Shown here piece after piece: positions 23,301 to 36,100 of a stretch of 64,000 nt of DNA. Position 1 is the stretch's first letter; the number at the start of each line of letters is the position of its first letter. A model generated the notes under the pieces. It saw only the letters and a list, made by a program, of their open reading frames with translations, did not search any database and was not told where the DNA came from. This DNA is from Azolla caroliniana (taxonomy: Eukaryota > Plantae > Polypodiophyta). The stretch covers positions 12,400,001 through 12,464,000 of the forward strand of contig JBHGNT010000007.1 of assembly GCA_043228905.1 (NCBI GenBank), written 5' to 3'. The position numbers and the translations under genes are program-made.

Positions 23301-23903
23301 ATGAGGACCATTTTTTCTGCTAGTCGCTGCATTAGGCAGATCGCGTGGAGGCCATCATTATCTTCCTCATTACCACTCCTGGTCTCAGGAATTAGCACAG
23401 GAACTAAAACCCAAATCAACGGAGTCCTTCCTTCATTTTCATCATCGTGTTCGGCCTTTCCGTTGAGCCTCGTTCGGCTCTACCGCAGAGAACCGATCCG
23501 AGAGATGTCGGAGCTCGATCTAGAAGAAGAAGTGGCCAAGATCGACATGGATCCGAAGAAACTTCTGCAGAAAGGAGATCCTAATAGTATGCAAGCCATC
23601 ATTAAAGATGTGATGCCAGTAGGATATATCCTCTCCCTGCCCACAGGTCGCGATGCTTACCTTCCTGCAGACGATTTCGGATTCACAGGAGGCCTCTCAA
23701 TCCTTCAAAGGCTCTTCAAAGAAGGACAAGAAATCACTGTTCGGATAGTGTGCAGAGGGGGTGCTGGGAGAGAAATCGTTTCCTGTAAGAAGCCCGAGTT
23801 CGCCCCTGCGAGTGAACAGAAAACGATTGAAAGCATGAGGCTTCATTTCGAATGGGAGAAGAAGAATCGGATGAATCCTCGCCGTCGTCATAGCAGCTAC
23901 TGA
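23301..23903 (+). CDS. Probable host gene: 200-aa protein with organellar (mitochondrial-like) presequence and an S1/OB-fold RNA-binding-like domain
   Basis: Uninterrupted ORF outside any TE. N-terminal ~65 aa are Ser/Arg/Leu-rich with no acidic residues. IIKDVMPVGYILSLPTGRDAYLPADDF...LFKEGQEITVRIV...IVSCK resembles the S1 consensus. Telo-box upstream; AT-rich intron/UTR-like DNA downstream. Confidence 0.65.
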   Translation: MRTIFSASRCIRQIAWRPSLSSSLPLLVSGISTGTKTQINGVLPSFSSSCSAFPLSLVRLYRREPIREMSELDLEEEVAKIDMDPKKLLQKGDPNSMQAIIKDVMPVGYILSLPTGRDAYLPADDFGFTGGLSILQRLFKEGQEITVRIVCRGGAGREIVSCKKPEFAPASEQKTIESMRLHFEWEKKNRMNPRRRHSSY

Positions 23904-25935
23904 GTAGTAGTAGAAGAAGAAGGTCAGATGTTTTCTGGTTTCTGTTTCCTCTTAGATATTTGGCATGGATGTTTTTTGTATAGATAAAAATGGTTTATGT
24001 AGGATCTTTTGTCATTTTTTGATAAGGTGACTTTTAGTTTCCAATATTATGCATAGCTATGCTAATATGTTCAGGATTTTAATGATAAGCTTGTTATGGA
24101 TCGGGTTCTAAAATTACAATTCCTGTACTTATGCCTGTTTTTGTTTTTCATGTCTGTGTTTTGGTATAGATAAAATGACATCTTTAGTACCATTCTTTTT
24201 GTGTTGTGATGCTATTGATTCACCGTTAGCTTTTCTTAAGAAAGTAGAAGATTTTTAGTTATGGATTGTGGTGTTAACAATCTATTGGATGCAAGCTTTA
24301 ATACGTTATTTTTAAAGCTTAGTTATAAATTGCATTCAATGTTCCTTTGTTTGCTGTTCTTCTTTAGGAACTTTGTTTTGCATGAGGATTCTCGGATGTG
24401 CTCTCTATTAAGAGGATGAAGGCTTTAGTTGCAATTGTATGCAAATCTGTGCTACAGTAGAAACTTTTTGATGTGATGAGAAAAGCCTGTTAATATTCTG
24501 GCAATTACTTGCAAATTTGTTTGTTTGTATTAACAATGGCTGCTTAGAAACGTTTTATTTCATCATGATGCTGTAGTTTATATTTGTATATGGTTGCTAT
24601 AAGGAAGAACCAGAGTGCGGTAAACCCACCAAACGAAAACCACTAATTTAACTAAAATTTATAAAGTATACTAGAAGATACCCCAAACCCTAAATACACA
24701 ACTACTTGTTTAAGCCTATGTCAGATACTAAAACATGCACGTAGAGCTTCCATGCAACTCTTCATTTAGAGCAAATTAGTCATGAGGCCTGCAAATAGCA
24801 GCTCCACTATTAATTGTTCCAGTGGAGCAAGTAAAAAACAAAATGACAGTAAAATTGTTACTGTCTAATATTACAAATGAAGTATGAAAATTGCTCCTTG
24901 CAATAGAGTGTTTGTTTTTCTTGTAATGTTATACAATCTATGGTATGAATGGATTAGAATTTGTTGGATACTAAATGTGTGCGCTAATGTTTTTGAGACT
25001 TCTTTTCTAATCACATATGCTTGCAATTAACTTGTAGTTATGAGTTGCACGTCTTTTGTATCTCTGCTTTTCTGAGGACCCATTGTATGTAGAAAACATC
25101 AACAATTTACTTGTGATTTACTGCAGTTTTCTTTGTCCATGTACATGTATGTTAATGCGTTATAAATCTAACTGTAATGTCATTAAAACTTACCTATATG
25201 ACTATGTTGGGTGTTGAAAGCTCTAATTTTATTCTCTTATTCGTTGGCATTTTATAAATATGTTTAGTTATAAATATGTTATATCGTATGACTAAAACAA
25301 ACTGTCCAGTGTTTGGTAAACAGGCTTTATTTAGATTGTATAATTTAATGACGATAGGTTCAATGTTTTAAAAAAGAACAATGCTCGGCATGCTTTGACA
25401 AGGCTTAATTTATATACATTCAGTTGGCAAATTTCAGTCATTGCTTGCTTGAACCTAGATTTTGCACACTGGTATTAAGTAAGTGTTGTAGTAGTGATGA
25501 TTATCCATTTTTATGCACTTGATTTTCCACTTTGAACCACACTTGCAAAAAGCCATATTCTAGATCAAACTTGCCTCACAAAATTTACATGCTAAAACGA
25601 AATATGTATATCAACTTGTCTCTCTTCTCTAAACCTTTTTGTGAACTTTCCCGAAACTAAAACATATAGGCTACATTTAGTCTTGCATTGTTAGAAAGGT
25701 AAGAAAGAAAGGAGACCTTCCATAAAAGTTAAGCAGCAATAAACATCCACCTTCCATATTTTTGCATCTAATCTTTAGCTTCAGCTTGACCACACTCAGT
25801 GTCTAAATTAATCTAGCATTTTAAATTGTGCTTCTAGATCTTTAAGTAGGGCTTATTTTCCTAGATAGAAATGCACCAATCCTGGATTTATCATCTTGAA
25901 TGTGGAAAAAGTTCCTTTCAGATTGACCAGGATCC

Positions 25936-26582
25936 ACTTTTGTATTGCAAGAGGAGAACAAAGTGTACACATACGACATGAGGATCTGTATCTCCTAACC
26001 TTTTATTTTAACATATAGATGACTAATATTTGTTGAACACACACAAGTATGTTGGTATTAGGGTCAGGGTTTTCACCATAGAAGTCATACATGGGAAGCA
26101 ACATAGATGCATACACCTAGAAATCAACACATTCATACACTTTTGTATTGCAAGAGGAGATCAATTTGTACACATACAACATGATGATCTTTATCTCCAT
26201 GCATTGCACCATGAGGCGGAGGAGGTAGAGTGATTGGTCGACTGTATTTTAATAGTAGAGGACTAATGTTGTCAAACATCGGCCACACAACATACACATA
26301 AGTACCTTGTATTATGGTTAGGGTTTTCACATAGTTTTACACATAAATCAACACACATTCATACACTTTTGTATTGCAAGAGGAGATCAATTTGTACACA
26401 TACAACATGATGATCTTTATCTCCATGCATTGCACCATGAGGGGGAGGAGGTAGAGTGATTGGTCGATTGTATTTTAATAGTAGAGGACTAATGTTTGTC
26501 AAACATCGGCCACACAACATACACATAAGTACCTTGGTATTATGGTTAGGGTTTTCACATAGTTTTACACATAAATCAACAC
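25936..26582. repeat. ~226-bp tandem duplication (two near-identical copies plus one diverged partial copy)
   Basis: CACTTTTGTATTGCAAGAGGAGA recurs at ~25936, ~26138 and ~26364. Confidence 0.9.
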
Positions 26583-26658
26583 AAATGCATACACAGAAAT
26601 CAACATACACAAATCCATGCATACATGGAAACATACACAAGAAATCAACCAAACATAC

Positions 26659-27140
26659 TGTTGAGAATCAAACTCAACTAGATTGTGAAAAAACTTTAAG
26701 TACAAATTGACAATCTTTACTTCGAGTGCTTTTAATCTCTTTAGTGTCTAATCGACGTTCGTATATTTTTCTTTATTCTTTGTGGGTTTTCACCTCACTT
26801 TGAGGTTTCCCACTAGTGATAAACGTGTTACTAAAAAAAAAGGAAAATGTTTAAGTACAGTTAAGTGTATGAACACACCACTATATAACAATAACTAATG
26901 TTTCATAGAATGTAACTTCTATGACACATAGTTATAGAGTTAGTTAGGGTTTCCCCGTTTTCTCGAGAAGACCGTTTTAGTGAGAGAGTATAGAGAGAGG
27001 GTGACCTTATAAACACCCGCTCTCTCTATGTAGTTATTGGTTGTCTTTCATCTTTTTTTGAGTATACAGTTTTTGTTTTTCTAACTTGTGTCTATCTTCT
27101 CTCTTCTCTTATACAAACACACATATCTAATCTACTTCCA
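26659..27140 (+). mobile_element. Diverged LTR related to the B/G copia family
   Basis: Starts TGTTGAGAATCAAACTCAAC; shares TCATAGAAT..CTATGACACATA and GAGAGAGGGTGAC..ATAAA.CACCC blocks with the B LTR. Right end is approximate. Confidence 0.6.
26705..26841 (+). mobile_element. 5'-truncated poly(A)-tailed LINE 3' end
   Basis: Ends in A9; imperfect TSD ending TTTAAGTACA (26695-26704 and 26850-26859); inverted homology to 53228-53367. Confidence 0.8.
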
Positions 27141-27379
27141 CCACATGACGTCCCAATTCGTCGTCCTTCAAGCCCTTGACCACATCTGACCACGTCTTGG
27201 TCCTGGTCTTCATCTTCAGGTCGTTTTTGCCATTCTTGGCTCTGCCTTTTGGGATAAAAGAGTCCCACTCCGTCCACCTTGTATCTCCACTGTGAACACA
27301 TAGTTAACCAAACTATATATGTGGGTTACTTACCTTGTAAAGAGGAGTTCGAAGGTTAATGCAATATAGTATTCTTTGA

Positions 27380-27382
<3 letters not shown>

Positions 27383-27427
<45 letters not shown>

Positions 27428-28539
27428 GTGCAACTGTTTATTTTCATCCTCTTGAATCCTGCACATAGTGCACACCCATATCTTGAATCATTGTTTTTGT
27501 TGTTTGCTAGACTCACTGACATGTCCTTAATCTCGCTTCCGCACCAATGACTTCCACAAGTGGTATTAGAGTGACTTGGAGTCTGACGACAATAACAACA
27601 TAAACCTGAGAAAAGAAGAATCAATTGAAGGAAAGGACCATGTCAGAAAAATCTTACTTCCCACAGAACATGGCTTCTACTTTCGGTACAAGAGTAGAAA
27701 TTCAAAAGTTCGATGGCAAAAACTTTGCCCCATGGAAGGAGATGATGTAGAATGTACTTATCATCCAACGTCAAACCAAGGCAATACGACACAACAACAA
27801 GCCAGCCTCGATGACAATAGACGAATGGTGCTCATTGGATGAAATAACCAAGTCGACCATTCGAATGCATCTAGCAAAAAATGTCTTCTTTAGCATGGCC
27901 AAAGAGACGACGCCATTTACCTTGTGGGAGAAGCTCCAGGCCGTTTATGAGAAGCAGTCCTCCTCATCAAAGCTAATATTGATCCTACAGTTGTGCAATA
28001 TAAAGATGAGAGAGACAGATCCAACGACCTCCCACATAAACACCTTCAACCAAAGTTGAATATGGACGAAACTATCGGACAAGTCCTCAATGAGGATATC
28101 CAACGAAAATCTATGGGCCTCACTATCAACAACTCGGCGGAAGCCCACTACTCGACCGAGCCAACCAGAAGAACCAATCGGTCGAGAAAGAAGGAGGAGT
28201 CAGGACCAACAACGATCGAAGATGAGAAATAGCCGACCAGGTGATTTCTGCACCCACTGAAAAAAAGATGGTCACAACATTTTCGACTGCCGGTTGATCA
28301 AGAGGAAGGAGAACGATCAATGACTCGAGTAGAACTCAGGACGATCTGACTCGAACCAGTCTCTAGTCGGCAACCAAATCAATGTTGTCAACTCCCGATC
28401 AGGAGAAATCATCTCTTTAGAGGACTCGGTGATATGAGAAGTCCTCTATAGTGTGCAAGACGCACGAACATAGCTATTAGACTCCGGAGCCACATTTCAC
28501 GTAACCCCCAACATCGACAAGAGCTCACGAACATTGCCT
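27383..28539 (+). mobile_element. Element J: degenerate copia 5' portion ((CT)n, LTR end 27558, PBS 27561, gag, start of PR)
   Basis: ...CCACA AG TGGTATTAGAG; gag KFDGKNF..W and KSTIRMHLAKNVFF; LLDSGATFHVTP near 28472-28510. Confidence 0.75.
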
Positions 28540-31500
28540 AGTTGGACAGAGGAATGGGAAGCTCACTTCCGACTGAAAAGCTTGACGGAAGCTGTCGAAT
28601 ACAAGTGTATAATGGTCGTATTCACACTGTCCCTTTGGACATCCCAAGTTTGGGCTATTTCTGTAAATAGCATAAAGGGCAGTTGCCCTAGGATAGTCAC
28701 TATATAAAGTGACTTTGTAACCTTTAGTGGAAGTTGGTTGTCATTTTGTAACTGTTGCTATTAAGAAATAAAATGTTTCTTTGTGCCTCTCTCTCTCTCT
28801 CTCTCCCTCTCTCTGTGTATCTTGTTCATTCTCATACACAGGTCCTTCAACGTCACAGATGTTGTTTGTTCTTCCGCACTAACGACCTTGTCCCCAACAT
28901 TTGGTATCAGAGCGTTGGAGGTTCTTCAACCTGCTGCCAGCCGTCTTAGTACACCACACAACATTTTGTTTTTGTTTTTCTTGAAGAATAGAGAAGAGAG
29001 AAGAAAAACAAGAAGTCTACATCTCTCTGTGTTAAATCACTAATTGGAGTAAGCTAGCCGAATGTACTTTGTTCCTGTGATTGTAACCACTTGAGATTGG
29101 TCTCTAGGCAACAACCAAATTCGTGCTTCATTCGGCTGATCGACATTCGGAAGGATCTGTTGGATCCGTCCCTCTCATCGTTGTAGTCATCTGAAGCAGA
29201 ATCAGCCTAAACAATCGGTTTCTTGTGATCAATATTCGGCATACAATCGGAAGCTAACCGGAGTCACTCCAAGAAGGTTCAACAAACAAGTATCCGAAAC
29301 CAAACCGACTCGGGTTCAAGACCGACTAGAACGATATCGGGTGAGCCGATTGGCTGCACCCTGCTAAGGTTCCTAGTCAACTCCGAACAAAGTCTTACCA
29401 ACCGAAATCGAATCAGATAGCATCAACATATGGCTCATCGGAGATGAGTTTAAGGAGGTTCGACAGTTCGAACTTCAACTTTCGGAAGTAACAAATGCAG
29501 GACTATCTCATAGTCAAGGGTCAAATAGACCCGATTGAGAATGAAAATCCTCAAGAAGCATACAAGGAAAATGAGTGGCTAAAGCTAGACAGAATCATCT
29601 ATGCCACGATTTGGATGCACTTGTTGGAGTCAGTGTACTTCACAGTGCAATCATGCTCGACAACTTTTGAACTTTGGAAAACATTGTTGGAAACTTATGA
29701 AAAGAAGGTCGCCGCAGTGAAGATGTATTTGATCTGACGCCTCTACAACTTGCGGATGAAAGAATCTGATTCGGTTCAGGCACACCTCAACGTGTACGAA
29801 AGCCTAAGCTCCCAAATATTGTCTCAGGGGAAGACAATAGAGGATGAACTCAGAGGAATGATACTCATGAGGTAGTCTCCCCTCTTCTTGGGAAACTTTC
29901 GTCACAACTGTGTGCAATGCTTCAATAACTGCCATCAAGTACTCCGAAATCATGAGCACAATCTTGACTGAAGCAGCTCGGAGAAAGTCTTTCGCTAAAG
30001 ACTCGGCAGATGAAGTTTACATAGTATAAGGTTCGACTGACCGATCAAACAATCGGGGAAGAAGTTCTTCCCAACCGTCGAACAATCAGCGAAGCCGGAG
30101 CAAGTCCCGAGACAACCGATTTTGCAACTACTGCAAGAAACCGGGACACATCAAAGCCGACTGCCGGGCACTCAAAGAAAAAACCGACAAAGCTCAAAGA
30201 GCGGATCAGAAGAGTAGCCGGCATGAGGAGGTCAACTACGTCGGCTCTTTAGCCGAAATTTTGACGACCGACCCGAACATACTATCCATAGAGAACCTAG
30301 TCGAATCAGAAGTTCTACTTAAAACTGAGGAATCGAGCACATGGCTCCTGGACTCGGGCATGTTTAAGCTTCATCTGCCGAGTCTTTAGCGAAAGACTTT
30401 CTCAAAGCTGCTTCAGTCAAGATTGCGCTCGTGATTTTGGAGTACTTAATGGCAGTTGTTGAAGCATTGCACACGGTTGTGACGAAAGTTTCCCAAGAAG
30501 AGGGGAGACTACTCATGAGTATCATTCCTCTGAGTTCATCCTCTATTGCCATCCCTTGAGACAATATTTTGGAGCTTAGGCTTTCGTACTCATTGAGGTG
30601 TGCCTGAACCGAATCATATTCTTTCATCCGCAAGTTGTAGAGGCGCCGGATCAGATACATCTTCGTTGCGGCGACCTTCTTTTCATAAGTTTTCGACAAT
30701 GTTTTCCAAAGTTCAAACATTGTCGAGCATGATTGCACTGTGAAGTACACTGACTCCAACAAGTGCATCCGAATCGTGGCACAGACGATTCTGTCCAGCT
30801 TTAGCCACTCGTTTGCCTTGTGTGCTTCTTGAGGATTTTCATTCTCAATCAGGTCTATTTGACCCTTGACTATGAGATAGTCCTGCATTTGTTCATTCTA
30901 GAAGTTGAAGTTCGAACCGTCGAACCTCCTTAGACTCATCTTCGATGAGCCGGATGTTGATGCTATCTGATTCGGTTTTGGTTGGTAAGACTTTGTTCGG
31001 AGTTGACTAGGAACCTTAGTGGGGCGCAGCCGGTCGGCTCACCCGATATCGTTCTAGTCGGTCTTGAACTCGAGTCGGTTTGGTTTTGGATACTTGTTTG
31101 CTGAACCTTCTTGGAGTGACTCCGGTTAGCTTCCGATTGTATGCCGAATATTGATCACAAGAAACCGATTGTTTAGGCCGATTCTGCTTCAGATGACTAC
31201 AACGATGAGAGGGACGGATCCAACTGATCCTCCCGAATGTCGATTAGCCGAATGAAGCACGAATTTGGTTGTTGCCTGGAGACCAATCTCAAGTGGTTAC
31301 AATCACAGGAACAAAGTACATTCGGCTAGCTTACTCCAATTAGTGATTTAACACATAGAGATGCAGACTTCTTGTTTGTCTTCTCTCTTCTCGGTTCTTC
31401 AAGAAAAACAGAAACAAAATGTTGTGTGGTGTACTAAGACGGTTGACAGCAGGTTGAAGAACCTCCAACGCTTTGATACCAAATGTTGGGGACAAGGTCG

Positions 31501-32410
31501 TTAGTGCGGAAGAACAAACAACATCTGTGACGTTGAAGGACCTGTGTATGAGAATGAACAAGATACACAGAGAGAGGGAGAGAGAGAGAGAGATAGGCAC
31601 AAAGAAACGTTTTATTTCTTAATAGCAACAATTATAAAATGACAACCAACTTCCACTAAAGGTTACAAAGTCACTTGATATAGTGACTATCCTAGGGCAA
31701 CTACCCTTTATGCTATTTACAGAAATAGCCCAAACTTGGGCTGTCCAAAGGGACAGTGTGAATACGGCCATTATACACTCGTATTCGACATCTTCTGTCA
31801 AGCTTTTCAGTCGGAAGTGAGCTTCGCATTCCTCTGTCCGACAAGTGAACTATTCTACAAGAGCTAGCAGCACAGTCCTACTAGGCAATGGGCAGGAGTG
31901 CGCAATCGTAGGGATCAGAGAGGTCCCCATCCAATTTCCGAATGGCAATACTATCACCTTGCACCGAGTGTGGCATATACCCAATCTCAGAAGGAGTCTG
32001 GTCTCCATTGGCATGTTAGCCGAAGACGGGTACTGAACGACTCTCAATGAGTCGTCATGGACAATCAACGGCGGAAACATGTAAATTTGGAGCGAATGAA
32101 GGCAAACCAACTTGTATCCACTAATGGTGATCAGTCCAGAAGGGGTCGTGAACGTAGCCGAATCGCGAGACTCAAACCTATGGCATAACCGACTTGCCAT
32201 ATGTCACAAGCCAGACAAGGATGTTTCCAATTCGGAAAAGCCCAAATACAAAGCTCGGCTCATCGCAAAGGAATTCAAACAAGAACAAGGGGTCGATTAC
32301 GATGAGATGTTATCACCAGTAATCAAGATGACCACCGTCCGACTTCTACTTGTGGCGAGTGAAGACCTAGAGCTCGAGCAGCTGGACGTCAAGACAACGT
32401 TCCTACACGG
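28540..32410 (+). mobile_element. Element K: internally deleted, 3'-truncated copia
   Basis: LTR 28540-28899, PBS TGGTATCAGAGC 28902-28913, gag MQDYLIVKG, CCHC, WLLDSG at ~30340-30361. PR resumes at 31844, then jumps from LWHNRL to RT ([20 protein letters not shown]). Confidence 0.85.
30362..31843 (-). mobile_element. Inverted partial copy of the K family (5' LTR 31484-31843, PBS, leader, 5' gag) inside the K protease
   Basis: Reverse complement aligns to 28540-~30016 with scattered substitutions; ORF 30364-30888 is homologous to 29495-29737. Confidence 0.92.
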
Positions 32411-32411
32411 A

Positions 32412-32825
32412 ACTACCATACTTTAGCTGAGTAGCTAATTAGCAACCATTTAGTTAATTAGCTACTACCACAGTTTCGTACAATAGCTAATTAGCTAAGC
32501 GGTAACTAATTAGCTACTACCATAGTTTAGTATAGTACCTAATTAGTTAAGTGGTAGCTAATTAGCTACCACCATACTTTAGTTATAGTGGCTAATTAGC
32601 TAGTACCATACTTTAGCTGAGTTGCTAATTAGCTAACTGGTAGCTAATTAGCTACTACCATACTTTAGCTTAGTAGCTAATTAGCGACTACCATAGTTTA
32701 GTACAATAGCTAATTAGCTACCACTTAGCTAATTAGCTACTACCATAGTTTAGTACAGTAGCTAATTAGCTAAGTGGTAGCTAATGAGCTACTACCATAG
32801 TTTAGTATAGTATGCTATGAGCTAA
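32412..32825. repeat. Palindrome-rich minisatellite (TAGCTAATTAGCTA cores plus CTACCATA(G/C)TTTAG spacers)
   Basis: More than a dozen exact or variant copies of the 14-bp palindrome in ~35- and ~52-bp units. Confidence 0.92.
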
Positions 32826-33181
32826 GAAAGTCTAAGTTTTGAAATTCAGGCAAAGCGACATGAAGGAAAAAGTAAAGTTGTGGTAGAAGTCATGAAGGGG
32901 CAAACAATAACACCCATAGGAACCAAAAAGCTCATAGCGTCTTCATATGATCATATCAGATTTCAGACTTCAAATACTTGAATTGAACCCAACGAAGTAC
33001 TCTACGATATGACGTAAGGAAATCTTAGTTTTGAAATTCAGGCAAAGAGACAAGAAGGAAAATGTAAAGTTGTGGTAGAAGTCATGAAGGGGAAAACAAG
33101 AACACCCACATGAACCAAAAAGTTCTTAGCATCCGCATACCATATCGAATTTCAGAGTTCAAATACTTGAATCGAATCCAC
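32823..33181. repeat. 192-bp tandem repeat, ~1.9 copies
   Basis: AGTTTTGAAATTCAGGCAAAG at 32835 and 33027. Confidence 0.88.
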
Positions 33182-36100
33182 ACACCACCCATTAAAATCC
33201 TCTTTGGCGACCAACAACAGTTGTACCACTCATATACGCAAGTCATGTGCATGCTCACCATAAGTTTTGCCCAGATCCAACATCGTTTCTACGTCTTCCC
33301 GCGCCAATTGTTCCCAATCACCCTGGGCTGTGATTGGTTCCTCCATAGTCGAGCCTGTCTCGATTTCTCCTCGCAACAACTCGTCCTCCCCAATCACCTT
33401 CTGATCGCGCTCTTCACTAATCCGCGAGATACCAGCCACATCAGCAACACACAGTACTTGGTATCACCGACAGAGCGCATCCATGACATCTAACGGCTCC
33501 TAGCCACCTTTCCCTCGCTGTCTACACCACCTGCAAAACCTCCCTCGGTCCGCTTTTCGATCCACCACACGATTCCTACAGGCAATGCCCGCTCCCCTCT
33601 CGACCACGAGTGCTACAACAAGGGATTATCACACCTTCCAAGAGCGAGTGGATCTCGGAGCCACACATGGTAAAAAAAGGGGACACCTCTTACCGTTTTT
33701 GTGTCGACTTCCGACAACTGAACCATGTCACCACCCATGACCAATATCCTCTCCCTCATATCGACGACCTCCTCGACCAGCTCGGCAAATCAAAGTACTT
33801 CTCCTCCCTCGATCGGGCCTCGGGATATTGGTAGATCCCTATGAATCGTAAAGATGCCCACAAAATTGCATTCCACACTAGGAAAGGCATTTTTCAGTTC
33901 ACACGGATGCCCTTCGACCTATCCGATGCTAGGAGCACATTCCAGCGAATGGCTAACGCCATCTTTGACGATCCCCGCCGCGTTGTCATCGTCTTTCTAG
34001 ATGATATTCTGATATATACAAGCACCTGGGTGGAACACCTCCAAATCCTTCAGGAGGTCCTAACTTGTGTTCAACGCTATCGATTGCAGCTGCAATGGAA
34101 GAAGTGACGCTGGGGTAGTACGCGCCTTTGCTTCCTCGAGTACATCATCTCCTTCGACGAAATACAAATGGACCCAAAGAAGATGGAAGCAGTCCAAAAA
34201 TTCCCACGCCCCACCACAATCAAGCAGCTTCAACGCTTCCTCGGCCTCCTTACGTTCTCTCCCCGCTTCATCCCACGGCTAATCGACATGTTAGCCACAC
34301 CACGCGCGCTCCTGCAAAAAGGCACCCTTCCTATGGACCGACGCCTGCGAATCCAACTTCCTGCAGCTCAAGCGAATGCTCCAAGCCTCTAACCTCTTGG
34401 CACACCTTGATTTCACGAAGCCTTTCCATCTGCAGACGGATGCCTGCAACGTCGGCCTTGGCGCGGTCCTGCTCCAATCCAACGACAACAACCAACTTTG
34501 CCCGATTGCCTACATAAGCTGGTCACTTACCAAAGCTGAACAAAATTACTCAACAACCAAAAAAGAGTTGCTTGCCATCGTCTGGGCATTCCATCGCTTC
34601 CACCCGTACCTACATGGATCAAACACATCAATCGAAACCGACCATCAGCCATTGCTCTCCCTCATAAATAAGGCTCACCCACCCGGTCGCTTACTCTGTT
34701 GGGCTTTGGCGCCACAGGATTACACATTCACTTTGCACTATCATCGCGGTCCCCAAAACATCGTCGCCAATGGATTATGCTGCATATCCTTTCAGGCGAA
34801 CCAAATCACCTTCGGCACAATCGATTTCCCCATATCCTCGTCCCAAATGGCCAACATGCAACAACACGACAAAAAGATACAAGACATCTGCCACCGCCTA
34901 CGAGCCGAGCCCACATCATCCCTCACCAAGCAATTCATGATCCAGGATAATGTCCTGCTTTTTTGCCAAGTAGGCAAGGAACCTCGGCCCGGGTCTACAT
35001 GCCTAAGCAATTGCGCATGTCTTACCTTCGTTTCTTCCACGATCACTCGTTGTTCGGCCACTTGGGTTTTCACAAGGTGCTAGACAAAATCCGTTGCAAA
35101 TTCTATTGGCCGGGGTTATGCCACAAGGTCGCCTCCTACATCAAAACATGCAACTCATGTTAGGCCATCCAATCACCTCAAGTGGCTCAAGGCCTCTTAC
35201 ATCCGATACAGGTTCAAGCTCCATTTGAAATCATCAGATGGGACATTCTAGGCCCCTTTCTCGAGTCACAAGAAGGGAACAAATTCATCCTCGTCATAAC
35301 CGAGTACTTGACGCATTGGGCTGAGACAGCCACTATCCCAAATGCAAAGGCTACGACCATCGCCACCAAACTGTTGGAGAAAATCATCTTCCCCCACGGT
35401 TGCCCACTGCAAATCTTGTTCGATCGGGAACCCCAGTTCAACAGCGAGCTCCTACGTCTCATTTCTACACAATTAGGAATCCAACAATTATTCACGTCAC
35501 CCTACCATCCGTAGACGGATGGATTGATGGAGCACCTCAACCGAACCTTAAAACAACAGATCTCGGCCTACATCGATCCGCTGCACTTGACCTGGGACCG
35601 GATCTTGCCCTTCGTTACACATGCCTTCTTGCCCTTCGTTACACATGCCTTCAACACAGTTGTGCAAGCCTCCACCCGCATTAGCCCCTTCCCGGCCCTT
35701 TACGGCAGTCCGTAACCAGCCACACCACTCCACTCTGACACAGTGTCTTGGTGGTCCCACCTGCAACGACTCCAGCCCCTCCTCCGCAAAACCATCACGA
35801 GCAACCTACACCAAGCATAGCTATGCCAAAAACGCCAACACAATGAAGGCCGCATTGTCGCGAAGATTCGCGCATGCGTGTGCTACTCGAGCGACCACCA
35901 GGGTCTTGGACTTAGGAGGATGTTCGCGGAATTATCGAAGAAATGACGATCAATGTAATATTGGATGAAATTTGTTCACTTGAGAAGAAGAAAGATTGTA
36001 CACTTGAGAAGTAGAAAAATATGAAGAAGATAAAGACAAATATAATTATATTGATGATAATGGTGTTGGTGATATCACATATTGAGCCCCCCTTTACACA

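Noticed and set aside
32412-32825. CRISPR-like array
   Set aside because: Spacers are themselves repeated, no cas genes are present and the context is eukaryotic.
35605-35652. In-frame LPFVTHAF duplication in E integrase
   Set aside because: Simple 24-bp slippage in a dead element.
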